Virus record (IMG/VR): IMGVR_UViG_3300044540_000317
DNA from: an uncultured virus (IMG/VR IMGVR_UViG_3300044540_000317)
Taxonomy: Duplodnaviria > Heunggongvirae > Uroviricota > Caudoviricetes
Strand: one strand, 5' to 3'
DNA length: 20,000 nt
A program made the translations under genes and the position numbers. The notes beneath the pieces were generated by a model that saw only the letters and a list, made by a program, of their open reading frames with translations, was not told the DNA's origin and did not search any database. This document shows, one piece after another, positions 1 to 9,153 of the stretch (its first letter is position 1; every line of letters begins with the position of its first letter).

Positions 1-1451
1 ACCGTTGCCGTTTCTCCGTAAAGGCCGTCCGAGGATTGGAACAAGTCGAATGTGTAGCTGGTCCCCGCGGTCAACCCCGTCAGGGTCGCCGTCGTGCCAT
101 CCACTGCTGCGCTACGAGTCCCCGCAAAGCGAACCAGGACGCCAGCGGAAGGGCTATCCCACGCCAATGTCACGGTGGAGCGAGTCACGTCGACAACGCG
201 GACGCCGGCTGGCCCGGTGACTGGTCGTGGCGCAGCGATAGGGGCGAGGAAGATGGAGTTCGCGGAAATTGTCGTGCCGGAGAGCGGGCGCAGCGGTCCG
301 TCGTGCAGGCCGCCGGACTGTGCCGCGGCAAGGAGCTGCTGCTGCACGGCGGACGGCGTCAACGCGGGGTTCTCAGCGAGGAGAAGGGCTGCCATTCCTG
401 CGACCAACGGACTGGCGAACGATGTTCCGTTCGCTGCTCCATGCCCGCCTGTGGCGATCGCGACGGGGACGGCGGTCCCAGGGGCGAAGCCGTCGACGCA
501 CTGGCCGCCGTTCGAGAACGACGATCGGGCGTCTTGGCCGTCAATAGCAGCTCGCTCGAACGCGCCCACCGTCAAGATTGCGGGCACGCGTGCGGGGGTG
601 TTGATGCACGCTTCGACGACGCTTGTCGCCGTGGAGTCGTTGCCGGCCGCGGCCACGACGGTCAGGCCGGCATCGTGGAGCGCTGTGACGCCGCTGTCGA
701 GAAGCGCAGCTGCGGAGCTCGTGCCGGACGCATCCTGGGCGGCGAGCGAGAAGTTGACTACGGCGGGAGTACCAGAAGGGTGGTTGGCGAGGATCCAGTT
801 AATGCCAGAGAGGACCGAACTGGTCGTCCCTCCGCCGGTGCAGTCAAGAACCCGTACGGGGACGATTGTCGCGCTCTTCGCCACTCCGTTCCGTATGCCA
901 GCCGCAGCAGATGCGACAGCCGTGCCATGTCCGTCGCAGTCGTTCCATCCTTGAGTCGCGCCGAATGCATCAAATCCGGAGATGACACGGCCGGCGACAT
1001 CCACATGGAGGTTGTTCACTCCCGTGTCGACAACGTAGACCCTCACCCCCGACCCGGCAGACGCTGGATACCAGTACTGTCGGTGGAGGGCGCCATCGGT
1101 TCCGCCGACCGGTTTAGTTTGGTCGATGCGGTCCAGCGCCCAGCCGGGTTCGGTTTGAGTGTCGGTGGTGCTGACCGGGATGTCGAGAGCAACATCGATC
1201 CCGGGAAGCTTGTCGAGGGCGGCTGCCTCTGATGCGCTCAGATCGGCCGCGGCCGCGTCGACTTCCTCGAGGATTTCGCCGGACTCGCCAACTCGGTCGA
1301 GGGCTGCTTCAACCGCGGCGGGGGAATCGCCGGTGACGAGGTACCCCGCTTCGGCCTGTGTTGTTGCGGCCGCAGGGCTTGTGAGACTGACGATGAGCGT
1401 AGCGGTCGTGACGATACTCGCCAGAACGATCCGGGTGGGTGTGTGAGCCAA
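1..1451 (-). CDS. Secreted S8 (subtilisin/proteinase K-like) serine protease with C-terminal fibronectin type III-like domain; 3' end lies outside the window
   Basis: Manual translation of the minus strand. TTG at 1451 follows AAAGAGAGAGG. Signal-peptide-like LAHTPTRIVLASIVTTATLIVSLTSPAAA, then WALDRIDQ, VYVVDTG (Asp, ~1020-1040), DCDGHGTAVAS (His, ~910-940), VVAAAGN, NGTSFASPLVAG (Ser, ~395-432), then VTRSTVTLAWD...TATLTGLTAGTSYTF (FN3-like). No stop before position 1. Confidence 0.93.
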   Translation of the reverse strand, partial: MAHTPTRIVLASIVTTATLIVSLTSPAAATTQAEAGYLVTGDSPAAVEAALDRVGESGEILEEVDAAAADLSASEAAALDKLPGIDVALDIPVSTTDTQTEPGWALDRIDQTKPVGGTDGALHRQYWYPASAGSGVRVYVVDTGVNNLHVDVAGRVISGFDAFGATQGWNDCDGHGTAVASAAAGIRNGVAKSATIVPVRVLDCTGGGTTSSVLSGINWILANHPSGTPAVVNFSLAAQDASGTSSAAALLDSGVTALHDAGLTVVAAAGNDSTATSVVEACINTPARVPAILTVGAFERAAIDGQDARSSFSNGGQCVDGFAPGTAVPVAIATGGHGAANGTSFASPLVAGMAALLLAENPALTPSAVQQQLLAAAQSGGLHDGPLRPLSGTTISANSIFLAPIAAPRPVTGPAGVRVVDVTRSTVTLAWDSPSAGVLVRFAGTRSAAVDGTTATLTGLTAGTSYTFDLFQSSDGLYGETAT

Positions 1452-1622
1452 GGGGCGTGGCCTCTCTCTTTGGGGTCCGGTGGTGCGAGTGTGTCGTCAT
1501 CTGACGGGTGCCTCAGGCGATCAGTGCGACATGGGGGATATCGGCGTCTAGTGATCGTTTCGAGGTATGCCTATGCGCTAACGGAACGTTCCCGGATGTC
1601 GGTAGCGGGCCGCTTCGATGTT

Positions 1623-1644
1623 AGGATAGTCCCACTGTACGAAA
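1623..1644 (-). promoter_or_regulatory. Repeated promoter motif, copy A (TTTCGT-ACAGTGGGAC-TATCCT), upstream of the protease
   Basis: Same CGTACAG core and spacing to a TANNNT box as copies B and C. It overlaps a plus-strand TAGGAT at 1622-1627. Confidence 0.5.
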
Positions 1645-1652
1645 GGGCTTGC

Positions 1653-2153
1653 ATGATCGAACGTATCCGCGACGACCTGCGGGTCCTGCGCGTTCTCGCC
1701 GACAACAACATTTCCCCGACCGACGCGGCCCTTTCCGGGCTTTGGCGCCACTTCGGGGACATCGAACTGGTCCTACCGCTCCCTGTTATGTCGCTCACGC
1801 CATCTCGCCAGCATGCGCTTTCTCGCGCGATCCTTGCCGAAATGGATGCCGCCTTCATTCGCCTCGCCGAGGTTGAAGCGCAGTTCGGCGAAGCGCCGAC
1901 GACGGGCTCTCTCGCCGATGTCGTCAACCAGATGTGGCGTGAATATGCGGGCACGTGGGCTGAAGTCATCAACGCCGGAATGGTTCACATTCCCACAGAA
2001 ATTCGGCCGCAGGTGGCCGCGCAGCTACTCGCAGACCTGCGTGCCGCATTCGGGGACGAGGATGCCGCGACCCGCCTGCGGGAAGACACAACACTGCGGA
2101 TGTCTATTCGCCGTTCGGGCCTCGACCCGGACGCGCTGCTCGCCGACATGTAG
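1653..2153 (+). CDS. Hypothetical protein, ~166 aa
   Basis: In-frame ATG at 1653 after GAAAGGG within ORF 1443..2153; TAGGAT at 1622-1627 upstream; protein-like helical composition; no family recognised. Confidence 0.7.
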   Translation: MIERIRDDLRVLRVLADNNISPTDAALSGLWRHFGDIELVLPLPVMSLTPSRQHALSRAILAEMDAAFIRLAEVEAQFGEAPTTGSLADVVNQMWREYAGTWAEVINAGMVHIPTEIRPQVAAQLLADLRAAFGDEDAATRLREDTTLRMSIRRSGLDPDALLADM

Positions 2154-2167
2154 ATGTCGTGCAGCCC

Positions 2168-3004
2168 CTACCGGAACGACAGCGGCTCAATGCCGCGGAC
2201 AGTACCGGACTCGAGAGCGGGAAGCCTGACGAGCACATAGTCGCCGGCGACGTCACGGTCATGCTGTCCATCAACAAACGCGAGGTCAAACACGGGAACT
2301 GTCACTGGCCGCCCGTTCGCCCGGATACGCGCAACGGACCCTCGTCGTACCGCCTGCGCGACTTCACGCACTGCGTACCCAGTGAATATCGCCATTCCTA
2401 CTTTCACCGCCGCGGGAGCGACCACCGACGCTTCCGCCATCTGCTTCACAGCGGTCGTCATCGCCCGACGTCGCCACAACCACCCCTCATCGTCACTATA
2501 CGGACCCACGCAGCGCCCGGATGGGCCATCCGGGTAGAACGACGCCTCCCACGCGCGCGCAAAGAGCCACCGCAATGCTCTCCGCCCCGCATCCAGGTCA
2601 GCGGGGCCTCCGGCTGCGAGGGGTAGCTCGGCGAGCGCTGCGTCGACGTCGACAGTCTTCGGCCAGACCGGCTCTTTCGGATGCCACGCCCGGACCGGCC
2701 GCGCACCCAGTACCGGCGCCGGGGCCGTCTGCGCTCGCAGCAGTGCCCGCGCCTCTGCTTCCGCTTCGCGCGCTGCGCGCCCCTTCTCCGCCCCAGCCCG
2801 CAGCGCAGCAGCACGTTCCCAGTCCCGAGCCTTCTCGGCGGCGGCGAGGTCGCCGTCGACGCGATCAGCGCCCTCGTCTGTCGCAGCGTAAGCCGCTGCC
2901 GCAGCGGTCAAGGAGTCCAGATCTGCTGCCGACCGCATGAGTCCGCACGCGGCAGCGAGCGCACCCTCATGCCGGGCGCGGAGTCGCTGAACATGCCCGG
3001 ACAT
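2168..3004 (-). CDS. Hypothetical protein, ~278 aa, with Ala-rich helical N-terminal half
   Basis: C-terminal part of ORF 2168..3367. ATG 3004 (or GTG 3028) avoids overlap with dnaG; start uncertain. Confidence 0.65.
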   Translation of the reverse strand: MSGHVQRLRARHEGALAAACGLMRSAADLDSLTAAAAAYAATDEGADRVDGDLAAAEKARDWERAAALRAGAEKGRAAREAEAEARALLRAQTAPAPVLGARPVRAWHPKEPVWPKTVDVDAALAELPLAAGGPADLDAGRRALRWLFARAWEASFYPDGPSGRCVGPYSDDEGWLWRRRAMTTAVKQMAEASVVAPAAVKVGMAIFTGYAVREVAQAVRRGSVARIRANGRPVTVPVFDLAFVDGQHDRDVAGDYVLVRLPALESGTVRGIEPLSFR

Positions 3005-3143
3005 CCCCGGGCTGGGGCTACTGGTCACGCACCGTCCATCGGACCTCGCCGCCGGTGACCGTCCCGGCCGAGCCTCTACCGTCAAACAGGTGAACTCCGG
3101 CTCTCTCGACCGCCGACCGGCACTGAGCTCCGATGGTCCACTC

Positions 3144-4994
3144 ATGTCCCGCGGCCGCATCCACCCCGAGTCGGTCGCTGCCGTCCGCGAGAAGACCGAC
3201 ATTGAAGCCGTCATTTCCGACCGGGTGACGTTGCGCCGCACGGGCGCAAATCTGACCGGCCTGTGCCCGTTCCACGACGACTCGTCCCCGAGCTTCTCCG
3301 TCTCCCCCGACAAGGGCCTGTGGACCTGCTTCGGCTGCGGTCTCGGCGGGGATGTCATCTCCTTCATTCAGCAAGCGGAAGGGCTTCCGTTCGTCGAAGC
3401 TGTCGAAAGCCTCGCCGACCGGTTCTCGATCGAGCTCAGGTACCTTGACGCCGGCGACGGGTACGTCGCACCGCCGCCCGGGCAACGCCGCCGCCTCGCC
3501 GCCGCGAACGCTGCCGCTGTCGCATTCTTCCGCTCCCACCTCTCCGACCCTGACGCCGAGGTGGGTCGCCGCTACCTCGGCGAACGCGCCATCGACGCTG
3601 CGACCGCCGCCGGCTACGAAGTCGGATGGGCGCCCAACGCCCGCGACGCGCTCCTGAGCCACCTCAAAGGCGACGGGTTCACCGTCGAGGAGATCGTCCT
3701 CGCGGGCCTCGCCGTCCAGAATGACGAAGGTCGCATCTACGACCGTTTCCGCGGGCGCCTGGTCTGGCCGATTCGAGACCTGACCGGCGATGTCGTCGGG
3801 TTCGGGGCGCGAAAGCTCCGAGAAGACGACCAGGGCCCGAAGTGGCTCAACACGCCAGACACTCCCCTGTACCGCAAGTCGGAGGTTCTTTACGGCATCG
3901 ACCGGGCCCGGAAGGACATCGCGACGTCGAAGACTGTCGTCGTCGTCGAGGGGTACGGCGACGTCATGGCATGCCACCTGTCCGGCATTGCGACTGCGGT
4001 CGCCACGTGCGGCACAGCCTTCGGTGACGGCCACATCCGCATCGTGCGTCGCCTCATGCGCGACGACGACGCCTACACGGGCAAGGTCATCTTCACGTTC
4101 GACGGCGACGCCGCCGGCCAGAAAGCGGCACTGCGCGCGTTCCGCGACAACGCTAAGTTCACCGCGCAGACCTACGTCGCCGTCGCCCCCGACGGGATGG
4201 ACCCGCTCGACCTGCGCCTCGCCCGTGGCGAGCAAGCCGTCCGCGACCTCATCGCCGCCGCGGTCCCCCTTGTCGAGTTCGTTCTGCGCACCACTCTCAA
4301 CGACCACGATCTGAGCGTCACCGAAGGTCGCGTCACCGCACTTCGGGCGACAGCGCCGATCGTCGCCGGCATTCGGGACTCCGCCCTGCGGACCGAATAC
4401 ATCCGTCGACTGTCGGGTTGGTTGTCTCTCCCCGACCACACCGTCCTGTCCGCCGTGTCCGCCGCGGAACGCAACGCAGCCCGCGACGACCGCCACGCAC
4501 CCCCGACCGATCCTGCCGAAGCCGCCCCGCGCGCGTGGCGGCCCGACCCCGCCGACGAGACCCTCGCCGTCGAACGGGAAGCCGCCAAGTGCCTGCTGCA
4601 GGTGCCTGCCGCCGTCGGCGACTGGTGGGGGAAGCTCGAGGGCACTATGTTCACGGCGAAGGCGTACCGCGGCGTGTACTCACTGGCGACCCGCGCGCTC
4701 GCCGAGGAACTGCCCGCCGACGCGCGCCTGCACCGCATCCGCGACCTCGCAGCGGACAACGTCGACGTCGCAGCGTTCATCAACGAGCTCGCCATCGAGC
4801 CGCTCCGCGCCGGAGGCGCACCCGATGACGCGTACGCTCCCGACGTCATCCGCCGCCTGATCGACCAGGACTTGGCCCGTCAGCTGGCGGAAGTTCGAGG
4901 GCGTTTCGCGGACGCGAACCCAGACGAGCAGTCTGCGCTTCTCGCATCGACGGTGGCGCTTGAGGCGCGTCGCCGTGAACTTTCGCGCCGCTGA
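3144..4994 (+). CDS. dnaG: DNA primase DnaG, 616 aa
   Basis: CHC2 zinc finger (GLCPFHDDSSPSF...CFGCG), YDRFRGRLVWPI, GFGARKL, PKWLNTPDT, TOPRIM motifs VVVEGYGDV and FTFDGDAAGQKAA, GMDP, and a helical C-terminus consistent with a helicase-binding region. Confidence 0.97.
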   Translation: MSRGRIHPESVAAVREKTDIEAVISDRVTLRRTGANLTGLCPFHDDSSPSFSVSPDKGLWTCFGCGLGGDVISFIQQAEGLPFVEAVESLADRFSIELRYLDAGDGYVAPPPGQRRRLAAANAAAVAFFRSHLSDPDAEVGRRYLGERAIDAATAAGYEVGWAPNARDALLSHLKGDGFTVEEIVLAGLAVQNDEGRIYDRFRGRLVWPIRDLTGDVVGFGARKLREDDQGPKWLNTPDTPLYRKSEVLYGIDRARKDIATSKTVVVVEGYGDVMACHLSGIATAVATCGTAFGDGHIRIVRRLMRDDDAYTGKVIFTFDGDAAGQKAALRAFRDNAKFTAQTYVAVAPDGMDPLDLRLARGEQAVRDLIAAAVPLVEFVLRTTLNDHDLSVTEGRVTALRATAPIVAGIRDSALRTEYIRRLSGWLSLPDHTVLSAVSAAERNAARDDRHAPPTDPAEAAPRAWRPDPADETLAVEREAAKCLLQVPAAVGDWWGKLEGTMFTAKAYRGVYSLATRALAEELPADARLHRIRDLAADNVDVAAFINELAIEPLRAGGAPDDAYAPDVIRRLIDQDLARQLAEVRGRFADANPDEQSALLASTVALEARRRELSRR

Positions 4995-5003
4995 CGAAAC
5001 TCA

Positions 5004-5019
5004 CTGCGCGGCCGCGCAG
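5004..5019. terminator. 16-bp perfect palindrome CTGCGCGGCCGCGCAG between convergent dnaG and nurA
   Basis: Seen directly, starting 10 nt after the dnaG stop; terminator role is inferred. Confidence 0.4.
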
Positions 5020-5074
5020 CGTTAGGCCGCCTGCCGCATGGCCGTCCGCGGCAAGGGGGGCCGGCAGGGCCGGA

Positions 5075-6190
5075 CTACGTCCGGTAGCCCTCGGCAAGCA
5101 ACGTCCGGTAGGTCTCCGCGCGCTGCGGCGGCAGCTCAGCGATCATGCGCGCTCGCAACGCCTTCGCGCCCGCGGAGATGCTCTTCACCTCGCTGTCGAC
5201 GGCGTACTGACAGAACGGCTCGAGGAGATGCGGCGCGGACGTGTCTGCGTTCAGGACTCCGGCGAGGTACGTCGCGTCTGCGACAGCTTCTCGCTCGGCG
5301 GATAGGAACTCGAATCGGATGACGGTGTGCGCTCCGACCGGTTTGAAGTAGGTGGTGTACAGCTTGCCGCGTTCGGCGAGATTTCCGAGCTCGCCGCTGA
5401 CGGCCGCGAGCGCATCGACGGCCCTCTTCACATCGCCACCAGAACGCGACTCGTTCACGGTCCGTGCTGCTGCTTCGGTCAGAACTCGAGGTGCGAGCAG
5501 CTCGCCCGGCCGTAGGACCTGCGTGGCCAGAACACGGTCCGCCGCAGTGACCTGCACGTTGAACCGGGCGGCGTAGTCGGCGGCGAACTTCGACGCGGAG
5601 TCGCTCTTCGTCAACGCGACCAAACCGCGGCGCGGGCGGTCGAGCAGCGTACGCAGCGCCCCGGCGGCGTCGAGCTCCAGCGCGAGTTTCGCGGCCGCGG
5701 CGCGGATCTCCTGCCGCTTAGCGAACAGTCCCGCCTCGAGCCCGATCAGCGGGGTGAGCAGCGATCCGTCGAGCGCGACGAGGTCATGCGGCGCCGTCGC
5801 GGCGACGCGCAGCTCCGCGGACGCCATTGCGGTCTGCACGAGCGCGTCGGTCCCGTCGGCGTGCTGGATCGCGTGGGCCCACACGAACGGTTCGACTGGG
5901 AGCTTCTCGTCGGTGAACCGGGCATCCTTCGCCGCAGCTGCAGCGAACAGCAGGTCCATCGCGTACGTCTGCTCACGGATCCGGGCGCCATCCACAGCGC
6001 ACATCGAACGCGGAAGGTCGAGGTCGGCGGCGGCTGGAATCTTCGCGATGCCGCCATCCTCGAGCAGGCCGGCGCGAATGCGATCGCGGGCGTCCACGAC
6101 CGAACCCATCGCCGTGTCGACGGTCGCAGCGAGCGCACCCGCAAGGTCAACGAGCTTGGCGGTGATAGACGTCTGTTCCGGGGTGGTCAC
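5075..6190 (-). CDS. nurA: NurA-family nuclease (RNase H-like fold), 371 aa
   Basis: Motif series CAVDGA, LVALDGSL, LVALTKS and LLEPFCQYAVDSEVK follows the NurA pattern (DG, DG, K, C-terminal P-x-x-x-x-A-x-D/H-x-x-x-K). GTG start after AGAGGAG. Confidence 0.8.
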   Translation of the reverse strand: MTTPEQTSITAKLVDLAGALAATVDTAMGSVVDARDRIRAGLLEDGGIAKIPAAADLDLPRSMCAVDGARIREQTYAMDLLFAAAAAKDARFTDEKLPVEPFVWAHAIQHADGTDALVQTAMASAELRVAATAPHDLVALDGSLLTPLIGLEAGLFAKRQEIRAAAAKLALELDAAGALRTLLDRPRRGLVALTKSDSASKFAADYAARFNVQVTAADRVLATQVLRPGELLAPRVLTEAAARTVNESRSGGDVKRAVDALAAVSGELGNLAERGKLYTTYFKPVGAHTVIRFEFLSAEREAVADATYLAGVLNADTSAPHLLEPFCQYAVDSEVKSISAGAKALRARMIAELPPQRAETYRTLLAEGYRT

Positions 6191-6354
6191 GTGTAGCGCT
6201 CCTCTGGCTTGCTCGTTCCAGCGTATCGGCGCCGACCGGCGCCCCTTCCCGACCGCACGGGGGCCCTGTGCGGGGCTGCGCCCAGTCCGCCGGGCCAGGA
6301 AGCCGATGGCGGAGGCGACTTCCGCGCCGCCCAGACGAGAACAGGAACCGCATC

Positions 6355-7713
6355 GTGCTCCGACGTCAGCGTCCCGCGGTAGCGGCCGCAGCCACTGCGG
6401 GAATTCTGGCTCTCCTCGCGACCGCGGTGTGGTTCGGCCTTGAGCCGACGCCGCCAGCGCCGCCCGCCTTCGCCGAGCCGCAACACCGCCAGCCGGTTGT
6501 CACTCCCGCAGCGACAGCCGTCGCGGCGCTCGTTGACGCCTTCACCCCTCCTGCCGGCCAGGAGCCGACTTCGCCGGCATCCCGCATCACGCCCGCAGCT
6601 GACCGGTGTGCCCTTCCATTGACTTCCGCCGCTGCTGTCCGAATCGCCGGGTACTCCTCAGCGAAAGGGTCCGAGACTGCTGTCGCCGTACGTGCATACC
6701 CGGCCGGATTGGGTGCCGAAGCCTCGACGGCTGTACGCGACGAGCTCCTCAACTGCCCCGGAGCTTCCCTGCTGGATGATGACCTCGGGTTCGGCGCCGA
6801 GTCGTACCTCATAGCCCTCCCCGGCACTCGAAGCAGTCCTGAACCGGTCCTGGTCGCGGTGGTCCGCGCCGGCGACGTCGTTGGAATGCTCACCGCCTCC
6901 CAGCAGGCGCCGGACCGCGTTACAACCGTTGTACGGACCTGGTTCGAAGCGTGGACTCCGGTGATGACTGTCGACATCTGCCCACAGCAGGCAACAACGG
7001 TCATCGATGCGACACGCAACCCCTCCCACCCGGACTATGCGGGCGGCTGGGTCCGCCGGGAGACCGTCACCCTCGACGGCGCGCGCGAATCGTCTGCCGA
7101 CATCGCCGGACGCATACTGCTACGCCAGGCGGCAGGGTTCGACGACGCAATCCCGCTGCCGACAGCGCCCCTCCCCGACCCCGCAGTCGCCCCGCTGCCC
7201 GACTTCCCCGCCGAGCTCACAGTCGTGCTCCCCGCGGACCGTCCACTGCGGCCGGAAGCTCCCCGCTACCCGCAACCTCCGACCACGGCGGTCACGGAAC
7301 CTATCGTTGCGAAAGATCCGGTCGGCCCTGGATGCGGATGGGCGTTCACCGGGCTGACCGCGCCTGACGCCGTCGAGCAGACACCTCCTCGAACTGCGGC
7401 GCAGAAGCGCATCGCCGCCGTCGCTGAGCTCGTCGAGGCGCGAGCCGCATGGTGGGTGGCCCGCTACGAATACGCCGTCGCGCACCGCCAGTTCGTGGCG
7501 GACGCGAAAGCCTGGAACGCCTGGCAGGCTCAGGCAACAACGACCATCGCGACAGCCTGGTGGAAGGCGTACGACGACGCATACCGCAGCTACCTCGAAG
7601 CGTCCGTGACGTACATCGCCGACTTCGCCGACTGGGAGGGATGTTCGCGCGACTGCGGTCCGGCCCCTACCTCACCCGTCCCGCCGGAGCAGCCGAAACT
7701 GCCACGCCCCTAA
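6355..7713 (+). CDS. Secreted or membrane-anchored Pro-rich protein, ~452 aa
   Basis: GTG 6355 after CAGGAA; basic N-terminus followed by hydrophobic AVAAAATAGILALLATAVWFGL; several Cys; aromatic-rich helical C-terminus. Confidence 0.7.
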   Translation: MLRRQRPAVAAAATAGILALLATAVWFGLEPTPPAPPAFAEPQHRQPVVTPAATAVAALVDAFTPPAGQEPTSPASRITPAADRCALPLTSAAAVRIAGYSSAKGSETAVAVRAYPAGLGAEASTAVRDELLNCPGASLLDDDLGFGAESYLIALPGTRSSPEPVLVAVVRAGDVVGMLTASQQAPDRVTTVVRTWFEAWTPVMTVDICPQQATTVIDATRNPSHPDYAGGWVRRETVTLDGARESSADIAGRILLRQAAGFDDAIPLPTAPLPDPAVAPLPDFPAELTVVLPADRPLRPEAPRYPQPPTTAVTEPIVAKDPVGPGCGWAFTGLTAPDAVEQTPPRTAAQKRIAAVAELVEARAAWWVARYEYAVAHRQFVADAKAWNAWQAQATTTIATAWWKAYDDAYRSYLEASVTYIADFADWEGCSRDCGPAPTSPVPPEQPKLPRP

Positions 7714-7726
7714 GCAGGCGGGCGGG

Positions 7727-8500
7727 TCACAGAGCGGTCAGCTCGGTCACCCAGTCTGCGACTTCGGCTGATACGGCCGTGTCGAGCTTCGCGAGAGTCA
7801 ATGTGATGAGCAGGCCCCTGCCGGCGTAAACGAGGACGCGCGCCTCGACAGTGAACGTGCCAGTTTGAGTGAACGTGGCTACACCACGGTCATCGATGAC
7901 AGGTGTTGCAGCATCTCTGCCGGACACGGCCAGAGTCTCCCCGACGATGTCGAGGACGTCCTGGTCGTACACGGACGCGAGCGGTCCCAGATCGGTGACG
8001 GTCACGATAGGCGGAGGGGTCTGCGCGGGCGCCTCGGTCACCCGGTCGGCCGGCTCTGTAGGAGTTGCGGTCGGCTCGGCCCGCAGCGTGAACGCGAGGT
8101 CGGCACCGGATGCCGCGGAGGTCTTCCAGGTAGACGGCACCGGAATGCTCATCCCGGTCGGGAGGGTGACCGGGATGAGGGTGACTTCCGGTTCCGGCGA
8201 CGCTGTCGGCTCCTCGACGGGCACCCCCGACGAGGCCGGCGACGGCGATGCCGGAGCTGGTGCGGGCACTGTCGACTGGGGCGAGGACAGGCTCAGGGCG
8301 GCGAACAGCACGAACGCAACGCCGACAAGCAGCATGCTTGCGGCGGCCAAGCGACGCCCGTTCGGGTGCGGGTGCTGCAACAGCGACGTGCGAGCTGTCT
8401 GCGACGCGGCCCGTCCGGTTCGGGTGATGTACGCACTGGCCATGCGAGTGGCGCGCGCTGCTCGCGCGCGTACGGTTCTCAGAAGTGGCCGCAGCTTCAC
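7727..8500 (-). CDS. Single-pass membrane protein with Pro/Ser/Thr linker, ~257 aa
   Basis: GTG at 8500 overlaps the upstream stop (GTGA coupling); TM segment MLLVGVAFVLFAALSL; C-terminal beta-rich domain. Confidence 0.65.
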   Translation of the reverse strand: MKLRPLLRTVRARAARATRMASAYITRTGRAASQTARTSLLQHPHPNGRRLAAASMLLVGVAFVLFAALSLSSPQSTVPAPAPASPSPASSGVPVEEPTASPEPEVTLIPVTLPTGMSIPVPSTWKTSAASGADLAFTLRAEPTATPTEPADRVTEAPAQTPPPIVTVTDLGPLASVYDQDVLDIVGETLAVSGRDAATPVIDDRGVATFTQTGTFTVEARVLVYAGRGLLITLTLAKLDTAVSAEVADWVTELTAL

Positions 8501-9003
8501 CGTCCGGACATCGGCTCCGGGCGGGGTTCGCCGAGCTCGAGGATGCTCCGCAACCAAGTGGCGGTGTCATCATCGGGATCGTCGATAGAGACACTCCCGC
8601 CCGGCAGGGCGGTGGCTGCGACTCGGAGGACCCCTAGCAAGGAGCTGACCGCGACTGTGCGAACTTCCTTTCCAGCCCGGTCCGGCTCAGGCCTCGTATA
8701 GATGACTCCCACGCAGGTTCGTCCGCGCGGCAGTGCCTGGCGCACCAGCCGCGCGACCTCCGCGCCGGCGTCGCGCGCGCCGCTCTCGAGAACGAGAGTC
8801 CGCCGAGGGCGGTAATGGCGGGCAGCGTCAGCCGAGATCCCCGGCCCCGTGCCGAGAATGGTGACGTACAGCTCGCCGCGATCGTCGAAACACAGGACCG
8901 TTTCGGCGCACATCCCATCCCGTTCGCGGGACTGGACGGCCTGCGCGTGAACGAGGTCGGCGGTACGGCGGAACCAGCCCGCGTCAGCAGTCATGGCCTC
9001 CAC
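8497..9003 (-). CDS. Hypothetical protein, ~165-168 aa
   Basis: ORF fills the gap and is coupled to the downstream gene; TACCGT lies at the GTG start; an alternative ATG at 8994 follows GGAGG. Confidence 0.6.
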   Translation of the reverse strand: MEAMTADAGWFRRTADLVHAQAVQSRERDGMCAETVLCFDDRGELYVTILGTGPGISADAARHYRPRRTLVLESGARDAGAEVARLVRQALPRGRTCVGVIYTRPEPDRAGKEVRTVAVSSLLGVLRVAATALPGGSVSIDDPDDDTATWLRSILELGEPRPEPMSGR

Positions 9004-9065
9004 GGTAGGGAACCGGTACCGCGGTCAGCGACAGGTCGGGCTCTGCGTAGCATTCGGCGGGACGG

Positions 9066-9101
9066 GCAAGGCCCGCCAGGGTGGACCGTGGCGGGCCTTG
9101 C
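9066..9101 (-). terminator. 13-bp stem hairpin downstream of the PTH2 gene
   Basis: GCAAGGCCCGCCA (9066-9078) pairs with TGGCGGGCCTTGC (9089-9101); 10-nt loop. Confidence 0.7.
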
Positions 9102-9153
9102 GGGGCTGGGGTCGCCCTTCATTTACGTAGTGCTGAACCGTATCGGCGTCCGG

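Noticed and set aside
36..1232. Long plus-strand ORFs (398 aa and 286 aa)
   Set aside because: Antisense shadows of the minus-strand S8 protease, which has the catalytic motifs.
3018..4496. 492-aa minus-strand ORF, and similar long antisense ORFs elsewhere (e.g. 8815..9990, 12456..13268, 17909..18640)
   Set aside because: They lie opposite well-supported genes; high-GC codon bias suppresses stops on the antisense strand.
6220..6241. CGCCGG-N10-TACGCT upstream of nurA as a fourth PafBC-like promoter
   Set aside because: The -10 is plausible, but the hexamer matches only 4/6 in GC-rich DNA and lacks the ACAG core.
6187..6486. 99-aa minus-strand ORF coupled to nurA
   Set aside because: Arg/Gly-rich low-information sequence that overlaps the start of the plus-strand exported protein; nurA has its own RBS and -10.
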